A DNA stretch of 63,095 nucleotides, the filler included, from Octopus bimaculoides (lineage: Eukaryota): NCBI RefSeq assembly GCF_001194135.2. It is 8 parts of 7 records of this genome, joined end to end, with 100 filler letters (N's around TTAATTAATTAA, not from the genome) between each part and the next. Parts side by side here need not be neighbours in the genome. Positions count along the whole stretch, not along the records: positions 21,921 to 51,828 come from NC_068998.1; 7 more parts are not named here. One strand, given 5' to 3'. The position numbers and the translations under genes were made by a program. The notes under the pieces are model-generated. The model was given only the letters and a program-made list of their open reading frames with translations. It was not told the DNA's origin and searched no databases. Shown piece by piece: positions 24,026-36,479 of the stretch. How positions within the stretch are numbered: position 1 is the stretch's first letter; the number at the start of each line of letters is the position of its first letter.

Positions 24026-25466
24026 TATATACTTTTTAAAGGAATATTAGTTGTGTTTCTGATATCTGAGGTTTCCTTCTTAACATGGTTTCAATCAGAA
24101 TTCATTTAATGGTACTCAGCCATTAAACTTTTACAGCTGCCATCATTTCTGCATTTCTACTCCACTTCCCTATATTCTATGTACAAGGAATTTCAGTCTG
24201 TTTGGATCATTCTGAATAGTACAAATCTAAATATCACTTATTAACCTTAATTTACTATTCTCTTTTAAAAAATAATTTACCTCATTTTTCTTTCAGCTTC
24301 AGCCATTCCTCCACCTAAATGACCAACCAAAACTGGCATATTCTTCATTAATGCTTAAAATATATAAAATATATCTTTTGTGCCTTTCACATATCTCAAA
24401 TATGGTGATTTTTCAACTTCTCATTCTATTTTGTTTTCATTTACCTCTTTTTTCCTTCAGGAATCTTCCCCCCCCCCCTCGCTGAATTAAGCCACATCAA
24501 TCATCCGAGTATCTTTCTGAAATATTTTCTTAGCATAAAACTTGTTCTCTGACAGTAATGATTGTTACACATTCAATATGCAAAACTTTTTCTCAGTTTC
24601 CTCTCTTTTCACTGGTCTGTCTTTTCCATCTAGTTTTTTACTATATTAAGGTTTTATTTCTGACTCATTTATTTCATTTTTGCTTCTAATTTTATCTAAA
24701 GTACTGCCTAGATCATCAAGACATATTTTATATTCAGAGAGCAAATGGATTGATTCTCTGTCCTCATTGCATTATGCATGCAAATCTGATTTCTCTTCCA
24801 ACAGCCTTCAAATACCTCTTTGCCATCCATTATTTTCTTTTCATTTGTTTTTATATGCTAATAATGGAACATATTTTTTCTGAAATGACCACAGCATGAA
24901 TTCCAGGATTCCATATTTCTGTGTTTAAATTTTTCATTTTTTTCTTGTTTTGGTAAATATATTCCATGAGATTTGTAGATATTATTTTTGTAATATGTAT
25001 TTCTTAGAATTAAGGTAGCAAGTAAGCAGAATCATCAGTAATGCCAGGCAGCATCATGAGTTCAAATTCCATGAAAGTTGATTTTGCCTTCCATCCTTTC
25101 ACAGTCAATAAAATAAGTACCAGTGGAGCACTGGGGTAGATGCACTCAACCCACGCCCCTCCCCCCTCTGAAATTGCTGACACATCAACAAAATGAGTGG
25201 AGTTTGTACAAAGTAGTATAAATTCTAGAAGCATAAAAAGTCTGTCATTGACATTTTACCTGCTATTCACAGTATTATCAATATTAATTTTAAAGAAATG
25301 TATTGTTGTTTAAGTACCATCCCAATCTTAACAAATGGTAACTTTTATTACTAAATGTTTTATAAAGATATACTTACACATAGATACACACACGCATGCA
25401 TGCACACACATACACACACGCGCGCAGGCATGCACACACATGCACATACATACACACATACATACA

Positions 25467-25497
<31 letters not shown>

Positions 25498-26800
25498 GCA
25501 CTACTTGCCAGATGGCTTCAATTTAGGCGTGTTATCTGCACTGCTGGTGGCCATTCAGATGGATTGAGCCATGAGCACATTTTTCAAGTATCAGCATCTT
25601 GTGAATATCTAGTTGGTGTTAGAGTTTGAGGCAGAGATATTTAGAAGCCTGTTAGTTCCTGACATCCTAAGAGAACCGAACCCAACTAGGTTAAGACTCG
25701 TAGGTATCCTTTTACTGTTTTTGAAATGCTTCCTGGGGAGGGATTCAACCTGAAACTTTCTGATCTTATTTCCATGAACTGTGGCATGTACATTTCATCA
25801 CACATGCCATGAAATTTTTCTAACTGACTTTAACTATTTTTTCACCATATTCTCCTGTATAGTTATAGGCTTCGTTCTCTTCAGCGATAACATAATCGGT
25901 TTTGATTCGCCAGTCAAACTTCTAATTTTGTGTCACAAAAATGTGGCCAACCTAGTGGTTAAGTTGTTGCACATGCAATCATGAGATTGTGGTTTCAATT
26001 CCCCGACCGGGTACAGTGTTGTTCTTGAGCGAAGTAAGTTTTACTGATACACAGCCCACAAAGTGTGCAAAATTCAAGCAGTTATCACCTGTTGTCATTT
26101 ATTCTGCCAAACTCATGCTACCTCAAGCAGCTTGGCTAGCACTCTGATATTTAAGTTGCTGTGCAGCCGTAATAAGTAGACTGCCGCCTTCTATGTTGTA
26201 TCATTTCAGTGAGAGGATAGACTATCCTCTGTTCATGCCACTGATGTTGTCTAAGGAAAGGGTAAAGGGTGACAACTGCTTGGCACCGTAGGGGTAGAAG
26301 TTATCAGAACAATGTTGAGAACAATGCTGAATTACCTTAGAAATTTCAGGTACTGATTTTACCTCATGGTCTAGTCCCAAAGCCTCTTCCATGGACAGGT
26401 GTGAGTGCAAAGTAGTAGAGGTTTAAAGTCAGAGTTTGCCCTTTCTTAAAACTGTCTTCTTTGGCTGATGAATTCCATCTAACCAAAGCACTGACCATAA
26501 GCTTCCAGCACTAACCTGTAGTCCTCCTTATAGGTTAAATTCCACAAGAAGACCATGAGTTGGTTGTTGGAGGCTGTATGAAGATGCTTGCCACGAGAAA
26601 CGCTTCTTAGCTTGTCCTTACTACCATGATTCAGCTTGACTATCCTGGAAGTATACACACACACACACACATATTGATAGAAAAGGTAAGCCAACAAAAG
26701 AAAGAAAGAGACTGCCATATTGTGTCAATAGAGGAATATATCTGTAAATAATATGTGACAATTATTCAGTAGCTGTGATAAGACTCTGACTTTCGGAGTG

Positions 26801-26913
26801 GAAACCCACGCTGCCATCTCTTCAGTTATCTGGCCATCGAAAAAATGCTATGAAAATCTTTCATAGCATTTTTTTGATGGCCAGATAACTGAAGAGATGG
26901 TGGTGTGGGCTTC
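26801..26913. repeat. 55-bp-stem palindrome with a 3-nt loop
   Basis: CCATCTCTTCAGTTATCTGGCCATCGAAAAAATGCTATGAAA-atc-TTTCATAGCATTTTTTTGATGGCCAGATAACTGAAGAGATGG, plus a 13-bp outer extension. Confidence 0.97.
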
Positions 26914-26933
26914 CGCCCCAACATCCGAAACTA

Positions 26934-26972
<39 letters not shown>

Positions 26973-28020
26973 NNNNNNNNNNNNNNNNNNNNNNNNNNNN
27001 NNNNNNNNNNNNNNNNNNNNNNNNNNNNNNNNNNNNNNNNNNNNNNNNNNNNNNNNNNNNNNNNNNNNNNNNNNNNNNNNNNNNNNNNNNNNNNNNNNNN
27101 NNNNNNNNNNNNNNNNNNNNNNNNNNNNNNNNNNNNNNNNNNNNNNNNNNNNNNNNNNNNNNNNNNNNNNNNNNNNNNNNNNNNNNNNNNNNNNNNNNNN
27201 NNNNNNNNNNNNNNNNNNNNNNNNNNNNNNNNNNNNNNNNNNNNNNNNNNNNNNNNNNNNNNNNNNNNNNNNNNNNNNNNNNNNNNNNNNNNNNNNNNNN
27301 NNNNNNNNNNNNNNNNNNNNNNNNNNNNNNNNNNNNNNNNNNNNNNNNNNNNNNNNNNNNNNNNNNNNNNNNNNNNNNNNNNNNNNNNNNNNNNNNNNNN
27401 NNNNNNNNNNNNNNNNNNNNNNNNNNNNNNNNNNNNNNNNNNNNNNNNNNNNNNNNNNNNNNNNNNNNNNNNNNNNNNNNNNNNNNNNNNNNNNNNNNNN
27501 NNNNNNNNNNNNNNNNNNNNNNNNNNNNNNNNNNNNNNNNNNNNNNNNATATACACTGGTTCAGGAGTATCTGGTGGTGCAGACGTATCTTGTCGGGTGA
27601 TAAATAAATAAAAAAAACTAATTAAAATGACTGTTCCATAATACAACTTTCCGTTTTATAGAGAGAAAATCAGCCAGATGGAGGAAAATTCTTCATATAT
27701 ATAGAAGATCCAAAAATAAAATTGCAGAAGACAAAAAGAGAAACGAACACTTAATCCAGTGAGAAAAGTATTGTAAATAACCGTTAACAGATATGTATGT
27801 ATAAATGCCCTTGGGCAAGCTGCATGGCACGAGTACACATGCTCATACAAGCATTAGCAAAAATGTGAGCATATGCACATGCAAGGTTAGGCGCATTCAT
27901 GATTACAAAGCGAGTTAGATATTTAGTAGGTGTTTAGAAGAGCAGGGAGGTTTAAAGTAAATTTAAGTCATCGAAACCTTAAAGTAAAATAAAATAAAAT
28001 TACACTAAGTTAACGGTTAC

Positions 28021-28254
28021 TCAAAATTCATTCTCACTGCATTGTGCGAAATTACATTTATATGCATGCAGGCATCTTGATAGTCTTTCAGAAATCCCAT
28101 TAAGTATCTTTTCATTAGTCCACAGAATAGACAGGGATACCTCGGAGCAGAGACAGCATCTCCCGGAAATTACACTGTATGGTTTTGCATGTCTAACTAT
28201 GGACCAAGTAATGTAGTATTTCGTATTAGCCTCCTTCAGAAATAAACAAGACAT
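28021..28254 (-). mobile_element. PLE GIY-YIG endonuclease C-terminal remnant
   Basis: YYITWSIVRHAKPYSVISGRCCLCSEVSLSILWTNEKILNGISERLSRCLHAYK matches the PLE C-terminal pattern W.I...A.PY.....RC.LC..E...I......LN..SE....C.H. Confidence 0.8.
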
Positions 28255-28460
28255 TATATAAATACAATGTGATCAATGCCAGGCCCGTAAAAAGCATCCT
28301 CTACACACTCGGAGTGGTTGGCTTCAGGAAGGGCATCCAGCTGTAGAAACATTGCCAGATAAAATTGGAGCCAAGTGCAGCCGGTGGCTCTCCAGACCTC
28401 AGTCAAACCGTTCAACCCATGCCAACATGGAAGACAGCCGTTAAATGATGATGATGATGA
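28254..28460 (-). mobile_element. RTE-tail-related SINE/LINE 3-prime end with (GAT)n tail, family D
   Basis: Contains GGAAGGGCATCCAGCTGTAGAAAC...CCATGCCAACATGGAA..GTTAAATGATGATGAT. Related copies at ~11150-11330, 16600-16795, 36080-36280 and 48180-48450. Confidence 0.7.
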
Positions 28461-28544
28461 TGATACACACACATTAACACACATATAAATATTTATGTAT
28501 GTATATACATATATGCATGTATGTAAACATATATGTATATGTTT

Positions 28545-28720
28545 ATTCTCTCTGTGTTAATTTCCTCGTGTTCCCTTCTGTTGAAGAGTGTAGGCTTGAA
28601 ACATAAAAACTTTCTCACCTTCCCAAGCATCAAACTAATACACCTGTTTGTTGTTTATACACTTGTCTTTGTCTTTTGTTTTACTGTAAATTTCAACTAT
28701 ATATATATGTACGTTTTTAT
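28545..28720 (+). mobile_element. Second copy of the PLE terminal repeat seen at 2440-2600, with a decayed hammerhead-like motif
   Basis: CTGTTGAAGAGTGTAGGCTTGAAACATAAAAACTTTCTCAC...AAACTAATACA aligns with 2461-2580; the differences are largely CpG decay. Confidence 0.8.
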
Positions 28721-29876
28721 ATTTGTTTTTTTTTCTTTTTTTCAATTCTTTTCCTTTCTTCTCTCTTTTTTCTCTTGCTTGATTTACCCCTAACCTGCCT
28801 TCCCTTACTACTACCTAACCTACCTTCCTCTAAATTGAAATTACTGCTATCTTACCCCTCCTTCTAGAAAGAAGAACAAATAGAATATATAGAAATTAAA
28901 TTCCTGTTTAGTTCACTAGACTGTTGATTAACAACCCAGTCAAGATGGTATTCTCTTCATCTCCTACTCATGTATTTACAGACATTTACAAAATAGCTCC
29001 ATTATGCAGCTGAGGAGTACATTTTCATTGCACATCTTATGTGGTGTTCTCACTACATAAATAAATGAAGCTTGTACGAAACGTACGTACTGCTATAACC
29101 TAATACATTTTTGTTGCTTTTCTTCAAATTTAATTCACCAAATCTCTTGATTTTGTTTTTGGATTTTACCCTACCAAATTCCGGTGCCACAAACATTTTA
29201 AGTACCACATTTAATCTTTTGATTAAATCTATATTATTATATATATAGACATATATATATGTAAATATGTATATGTGTGTGTATATATATATATATATAT
29301 ATNNNNNNNNNNNNNNNNNNNNNNNNNNNNNNNNNNNNNNNNNNNNNNNNNNNNNNNNNNNNNNNNNNNNNNNNNNNNNNNNNNNNNNNNNNNNNNNNNN
29401 NNNNNNNNNNNNNNNNNNNNNNNNNNNNNNNNNNNNNNNNNNNNNNNNNNNNNNNNNNNNNNNNNNNNNNNNNNNNNNNNNNNNNNNNNNNNNNNNNNNN
29501 NNNNNNNNNNNNNNNNNNNNNNNNNNNNNNNNNNNNNNNNNNNNNNNNNNNNNNNNNNNNNNNNNNNNNNNNNNNNNNNNNNNNNNNNNNNNNNNNNNNN
29601 NNNNNNNNNNNNNNNNNNNNNNNNNNNNNNNNNNNNNNNNNNNNNNNNNNNNNNNNNNNNNNNNNNNNNNNNNNNNNNNNNNNNNNNNNNNNNNNNNNNN
29701 NNNNNNNNNNNNNNNNNNNNNNNNNNNNNNNNNNNNNNNNNNNNNNNNNNNNNNNNNNNNNNNNNNNNNNNNNNNNNNNNNNNNNNNNNNNNNNNNNNNN
29801 NNNNNNNNNNNNNNNNNNNNNNNNNNNNNNNNNNNNNNNNNNNNNNNNNNNNNNNNNNNNNNNNNNNNNNNNNNNN

Positions 29877-29920
<44 letters not shown>

Positions 29921-29935
29921 AAGTAAACAAACAGG

Positions 29936-30528
29936 ATGTATGAAGGATTGAACAGAAAGAACACAAGGAGAAAACGTTAGATGAAAGCAGAGCAAATGGG
30001 AAACTAGATGAAAATTTAACAATTGGGAAATATAGACAAAGACACGATACATGGAATATTCACAGCTGAGTTTTCTCATCAGTCACTGACGCAAAATATC
30101 ATAGTGGTTTTGCACCATTACTATTGAAACCACTCAATCTTGGAAGTGTCCAGTGCTGTTATTAGGCTACTGGGAAAAAGCTAGTGAATGTATACTGAGA
30201 CAAACAAACAAGACATTATATATGCATAATTCTTTGTCTGTTGTATTTATATAATATCTTGTTTGTTTCTGTCTTAGTATACATCTGCTAGCTTCTTCCC
30301 AGTAGCTTAATAACAGGACTGGGTACCTCCAAGATTGAGTGGTCTCAATGGTAATCATGCAAAACCACTACGATATTTTGGGTCATTGACTGATAAAGAA
30401 AACTTAGCTGTGAATATTCCATGTATCGTGTCTTTGTCTATATTTCTCATCCGTTAAGTTTTCATCTACTTGCCTATTTGCTCTGCTTTTGTTTCCTTGT
30501 TGTGTTCTTTCTGTTCAACCCTTGATAC

Positions 30529-30530
<2 letters not shown>
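29936..30530. repeat. Long inverted repeat, ~285-bp arms and ~25-nt loop
   Basis: For example GACAAAGACACGATACATGGAATATTCACAGCT (30035-30067) pairs with AGCTGTGAATATTCCATGTATCGTGTCTTTGTC (30407-30438). The loop is at ~30223-30247. Confidence 0.95.
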
Positions 30531-30563
<33 letters not shown>

Positions 30564-30618
30564 CTGGTGCAAATAAACAAATAAATATGCTTGGACTTGA
30601 TATATAATATATATATAT

Positions 30619-30781
30619 AGGCACAGGAGTGGATGTTTGATAAGAAGCTTGCTTCCCAGTCATATGGTTCTGAGTTCAGTTCCATTGCGTGGCACCTCGG
30701 GTAAGTATCTACTACTATAGCCTCAGGCTAACCAAAGCCTTGTGAGTGGACTTGGTAGACGGAAACTGAAAGAAGCCTGTC

Positions 30782-30815
<34 letters not shown>

Positions 30816-31024
30816 ATTTGTGTCTGTGTTTTTCCCCTCAACATCGCTTGACAACCGATGCTGGTGTGTTTACGACCCCGTGTTCTAGTGATTCGGCAAA
30901 AGAGACTGGTAGAATAAGTACTAGGTTTACAAAGAATAATTCCTAGGGTTGATTTGTTCAAGTAAAGGTGGTGCACCAGCATGGCCACAGTCAAATGACT
31001 GAAACAAGTAAAAGAATAAAAGAA
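30619..31024 (+). mobile_element. SINE family A, near full-length, CpG-decayed
   Basis: AGGCACAGGAGTGG...GGTGGTGCACCAGCATGGCCACAGTCAAATGACTGAAACAAGTAAAAGAATAAAAGAAT. A similar copy lies at 32880-33265. Confidence 0.88.
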
Positions 31025-31318
31025 TATATATATATATGTAAATATATATAAGGATATATAAAGAGAAAAGCAAAACTATATCTCCTTATTAATAGTTACA
31101 TGTATATATGTATATTTATTTTACATATCAAACCCAAGTATGTTTATTTGCTTAGTTATACCATTATCTACATATCAGCTCACCTGGGTTCCTCTTATAG
31201 CTACTGATTAATCTGCGAACCTCGTCTTCAATAAAAATTTTGGAGTATAAGTTCAAATCATTTGAGCACAACTGTTTTTTATAATGAGCATCTCTGGATC
31301 TCACCTGTTTACTATATA

Positions 31319-31366
<48 letters not shown>

Positions 31367-31572
31367 TTATGATAATGGCTCTTGTCATGTAATATTCAGA
31401 TATATTCTGAGTTGAATGGTAAAGTCAACTTTATCTTTTTTCTTCTAGGATTGAATAAATAATTATCTGGGGAGATGGTGATGTGATTGAGCATCCATTC
31501 CACTTCCAAACATTAAATGCACAGCCTTGTGCAAATGTTAATGATAATAATAGTAATAATAATAATAATAAT

Positions 31573-31850
31573 AAAGGAATGTCAGAAACATCTAGATAAC
31601 ATCTCAGGAGACCCATCTCTCATAGAAATCCAAGATTGTGTTGACAAGTACCCCCAACATCCTTAGAAAACCCTATCAACTTAAATTAAATGTTTTGTGT
31701 TGTATTATATGAATGTTTTTCTGTACTGGACTCCCCCCACTTTCTCTCCTCAGACTTCCAATTACATCTGAACATTTCTTAACCTTCATTTGCCCTAAGT
31801 CACTGTGCGTGACCTGGCAAGTGATTGAATCAAAAACACAGATTAAAGCA
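31573..31850 (+). mobile_element. 5-prime-truncated R4/Dong-like non-LTR retrotransposon 3-prime end within a (TAA)n tract
   Basis: Aligns with 52655-52930 (GGAATGTCAGAAAC...CATCCTTAGAAAACCCTATCAA...GGCAAGTGATTGAA). (TAA)n lies on both sides. Confidence 0.78.
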
Positions 31851-31899
31851 TAATAATAATAACAACCATGATGATAATAATAATAATAATAATAATAAC

Positions 31900-31930
<31 letters not shown>

Positions 31931-32099
31931 TCATTATCATCATCATCATCATTGTTATCCTTTTTTTTTACCATTATTTCAAAAAATATTTCTTTATCAT
32001 TTTATAAATGTTTTGTTTTCTAAGAAACAAACATCTTGCACATTTGGTCTACTGGAAGTAAATATGTTGAGAGAAGAAAATAAAGAGATGAGGTGAGAG

Positions 32100-32143
<44 letters not shown>

Positions 32144-33999
32144 TGCACACACACACACACTATATATATATAGCACAATATACAGTGCATTAATCTCATA
32201 AATGTGTGCGTGTGTGTATATATAAAAAGAAATATAGGTACCAGGAAATTTCTACCAATATATGATGAGTTGGTGAGATAAAAAGTTTGTAATCGGCAAG
32301 TTATTGTTAATATTCCTCAAAAGTTGCTTCCACTTCAGAACCACCATTCAACTGATTTTTGCTGTCTTTATCTAGTACCATGACAATTTTTACTTTTCCT
32401 TCTGTCAATAGCAGCTGTTACTCAGAGAACAATCAGTGATAGTGTTGCATGTAGCATGGAACTGAATAAAAATGCAAATGTATCAATTTTTATAATTGTG
32501 GTGGTGAACTTGGTTGTGGTTGCATAACTTTTTATTTTATTTTTGTGCATTTTATCATTATTTTTGTTGTTGTTATCATTGGTGGTGGTGGCGGTGGTTG
32601 GTAGAAGTATACAAGTGAAACAAGCAAACCACAATGCTGAAGGAATATGAAAGATATTTTCTTCTCATTGCTGTACCAAGGTACAAATCTTTAATCTGAT
32701 TTAGTGCTTTATAATGGATTGGATTAAAAATATTCAGATTCCTTGTTTAGCGTTGTTTGGTCCCCTCCCCTTCATTGTACACTGTCATAATCTTGATAGC
32801 TAACTCACATATTACATTGTAAAATGTCTGTGTAGTGTGATAAGAGTGCTGGAATACTGCTAAATCTGGAAAATCATAAAATAGGGACAGGTGTGACTGT
32901 GTGTAAGAAGCTTGTTACCCAACTACATGGTTCTAGGTTCAGTCCCACTTCTACTATAGCCTTGAGCCAACTAAAGCCTTGTGAGTGGATTTGGTAGGCA
33001 GAAACTGAAAGAAGCTCATTGTATATACATATAAATATTATGTTTGTCTTTGTGTCTGTGTTTGTCCCAACACCACAACTTGACAACCAGTTGCTGGTGT
33101 GTTTACATCCCTGTAACTTAACGGTTTAGCAAAAGAAACCTATAGAATAAATGCTAGGCTTAAAAGATAAGTCTTGGAGACAATTTATTTGACTGAAAAC
33201 CCTTCAAGGTAGTGCTCCTGCATGGCTGTAATCAGATGACTGAAACAAGTAAAAGAATAAAAGAATGTAACAACTGCCTTGTTTTTATAAATAAATTAAA
33301 GGCTTTGTATGGTTTAGTTTGGATATTTAGTTATGACTAAAGTCAATCTGTTAATGCTGATAATAAGAAACTGAGATCAACATGTTAATGTTCAGAGGCC
33401 AGTGAAAACAATTTGTTAATGTTTAACTCGAAAATACGTACATAGATGACTGATGGGAAAATATTGATGAGAAATGAAGTCCAGAAAATTAGTCCTCTCT
33501 GGAAAATGAGTTGGGGATTTGGTTAGTGCAGAATCTAGTGGGGAAAAGAGGCACTGTACCATTGACAAAAGAAAGAAAGTTGTATTGGCTCACTTCGACT
33601 GAGATGATATGAAACTTGCTGGTTCAGTAGATATGTACTGTTTTAGTAGTGATTGGAAATGTTGAATTTACATTAATTATATATGTCTAAAACAATAAAC
33701 TCAAATCTCTGGATGTCTGCTATAACAAGATATTGTGATTTGCCTGAATTATCTGAACTTGAACTCACCTTAAATATTCCTGACCATGTACAAGCATGCA
33801 ATGCCACATATTAGCATAACACTATTACAGACTAAGTAGATGGTGTGCGAATTGTTGTATTTTTCTGGAACAGGGTTCCAACAGTTTCATTAAAAACAGA
33901 GTAATTAGGTCATCTGAACATTTTAAGATATTCAAAGTGTAGTAGAAATACAGTGTGTATAAGATATTAACACACATTAATTGTGACTATCATTATCAA

Positions 34000-34900
34000 A
34001 AGCTGATAATAATATAAGATCATTAACGCAGCAGAAAAGACAGAGGGAGGAAAACAATGCAATAGAAGATTAGAGATTGCCATGTGTTCATGCATCTTTG
34101 GCAATGTGTTGGCAGATCATGTTTTGAAATGATCTAAGATGTTTCCATGCTTTACAACAGTAATACTCCAGATATTAAAGCAGTGTGAGTATTACCTTCT
34201 AGTAGGTCAGCAACTTATTTGGGTAGAAGTATTTTCTGATTCTGAAAGTGATGTCTTTGAGATTTATTGCAAGAAAACCATTAGAAAGTAGTTTATGTCA
34301 GCAATGAATAATGTTTACAAGTTCTTCTGTTTATGATGGCCGTGCAGCTGTAGTATAAGGTCTCTATGTTGTATGTGAATGACATGTGTTATATACAGTT
34401 ATTAAGGAGTGAAGAGTGGTATTATCTGCATAAGAGTGGTTTTATGAAAGGTGACAGGCAAAGAAATTGTTAATGTACAATGAGTAAGAATGCAGATGAT
34501 ATATTTGAACTTTATGGTACATCAGGGTTAACAGTGTTATGGTGTAATTTGGCCAAACACTTCCAATTGAAAGTATGAGATGGACAGGTGAGCAGTTTAG
34601 TTTGGAGTTTCTTCTGTTAGAAACAGTCAAAGACTTTTTCATATCAAGTGCTACTTTTTCTTAACTTCTCAAGGGAAAGATACTATTGATGAATAACATG
34701 TAAGAGTATGTTGCATGTAAATCTGGTGTACATGACAGGAGTTTTGCCAAATGTGTGCAATGTTTTTGCTGGATGCAAGTTGATCAGAAACACTACTTAT
34801 AAAGCTATCATTATTTCAAGATTGCCAAAGGATTAAATAGACTGATCACATTTTGAGAGCTGGTGTTTGTTGACTGTAGAAAGGCATATTTTACAATAGT
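34000..34900 (-). mobile_element. Highly decayed LINE (L2/CR1/Jockey-type) RT remnant
   Basis: Minus-strand ALDMKKSLT (cf. LDISKAFD), LYINNF (cf. LYINDL) and YADNTT (34415-34432) appear in the correct order. Confidence 0.7.
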
Positions 34901-35559
34901 TGTTGAAAATATTAAAACTAACGCAAAAGAGAATAAGTTTTATTTTCATGTTGGAGGTTGTGTTAGTGTTCAATACTGTTGCTGTGTTACTGTTCAATAC
35001 TGTTGCTGCATGTGAATCACTTAGCAATTTAGGGTTGTTGGCATAGTTTGTGTAGGGATGTAAATAATATTAGAGACAATAAAGATTGCTGATGACACGT
35101 GAGCCACATATTATTTACATTATGTAATTAAAGTGAATTATCTCTCAGTAAGCAATTGGTAAGTGAGTCAAGTCCTGTCAGGGGTTCTATTTTTCCTGAC
35201 TCAAATTGACGTTTTATAATGTGTAGTATTATTTCCCACCTTTCTCCAGCCTATTAGGTCAATAAAGTGTGCCATCCATTAATGGATATCTCTTATCATG
35301 GTACATTGAGCAATTAACTCTATTACTGTAGAATAGTTGATGAATGCATGTTTTTTTAATTGTTTGAAAAATATCACAATCAACTGAAATGATGGTTTTG
35401 TTTTATAAGTATGTTGGGCATTCATTACTTTATTTGGAAATGTGTTTTTTTTATTTCTAAATGTATCAATAACTACCAATTGTTTTAATATAATTATTGC
35501 TTTAAAAAAACTGTCAAAAGAAGCCTATTAATCATTTCTTTCCCCCCTAGACACCTGTC

Positions 35560-35960
35560 TTATCTGCTATCATTCTCAATACCTGTCTCTCTTTTTCCAC
35601 AGCTCCTACACTTTACACATTATTCTACTACTTTCTGGTCTGTTGTCCTTCATGACTCACTCCCATATCTTCAATCTCACCCATCTACATACCAGTATTT
35701 CCTATCATCTGCATCCCAACCCTTGTTTTTCACTTTCTACACTAACCTCTTCCTTCACCTGTTTACTCCTGCTTCACACTCTTATGAAAGCATCCACTCT
35801 ATCATCCTCTTCCATGATCTCCCCTTTGTCCTCTTTTATGTTCATCTTGTTCTTTGTCTCTTGAAAGTTTGATCCAGCAACCCATTACTACCTTCTGTTC
35901 ATCTCCTTCAGCCATATATCTCCTCTATAGCAAGACACATATGCCTTTCAACACATGGCA
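35560..35960 (-). mobile_element. Decayed RTE-like LINE 3-prime coding remnant
   Basis: A purine-rich minus strand resembling RTE C-terminal RLRWYGHV-like coding sequence, next to a family-D tail. Confidence 0.4.
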
Positions 35961-36479
35961 TACAGCCGCTCATTTCCACTTTACCTTTCCAAATACTTAT
36001 TAGTAGTGAGAGGTTTTCCCCCCACTTTCTTTCTCCTTCTGTGTTCTTTTCTATCTTGCAAATTACATGGCAGCCTCACTCGTGCTGATGGAGTGGAAAA
36101 AAGCACCCAACACACTCTGTTAAATGGTTGGCACTAGGAAGGTCATCCAGCTGTAGAAATCATGCCAAAGATGACATTGGAGCTCAATGCAGCTCTGCAG
36201 CTCACTGGCTCCTTATCAAACTGTCTTAATCATGCCAGCATGGAAAGCAAATTTTAAATGATGATGATGATGATGATGACTTTCTCGTCTATTATATATG
36301 AAAGCTATCTGTCAAATAATATTCGTACATAAATATCTTCAATAAAAGAACTGTTTCCCACTATTTCTGAAAGATAGAGAAAAAGTGTGTGCTGTTGCTA
36401 CTGCTGACGTTATTTTTATATCTTCTAAGCATCATCACTTCCTAAGCATCATCATTGTCCTGATGAAACAGCATTCCTA

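Noticed and set aside
25500-25945. Coding-looking minus-strand stretch KFDWRIKTDYVIAEENEAYNYTGEYGEKIVK
   Set aside because: No credible acceptor and the frame closes soon after; identity unknown.
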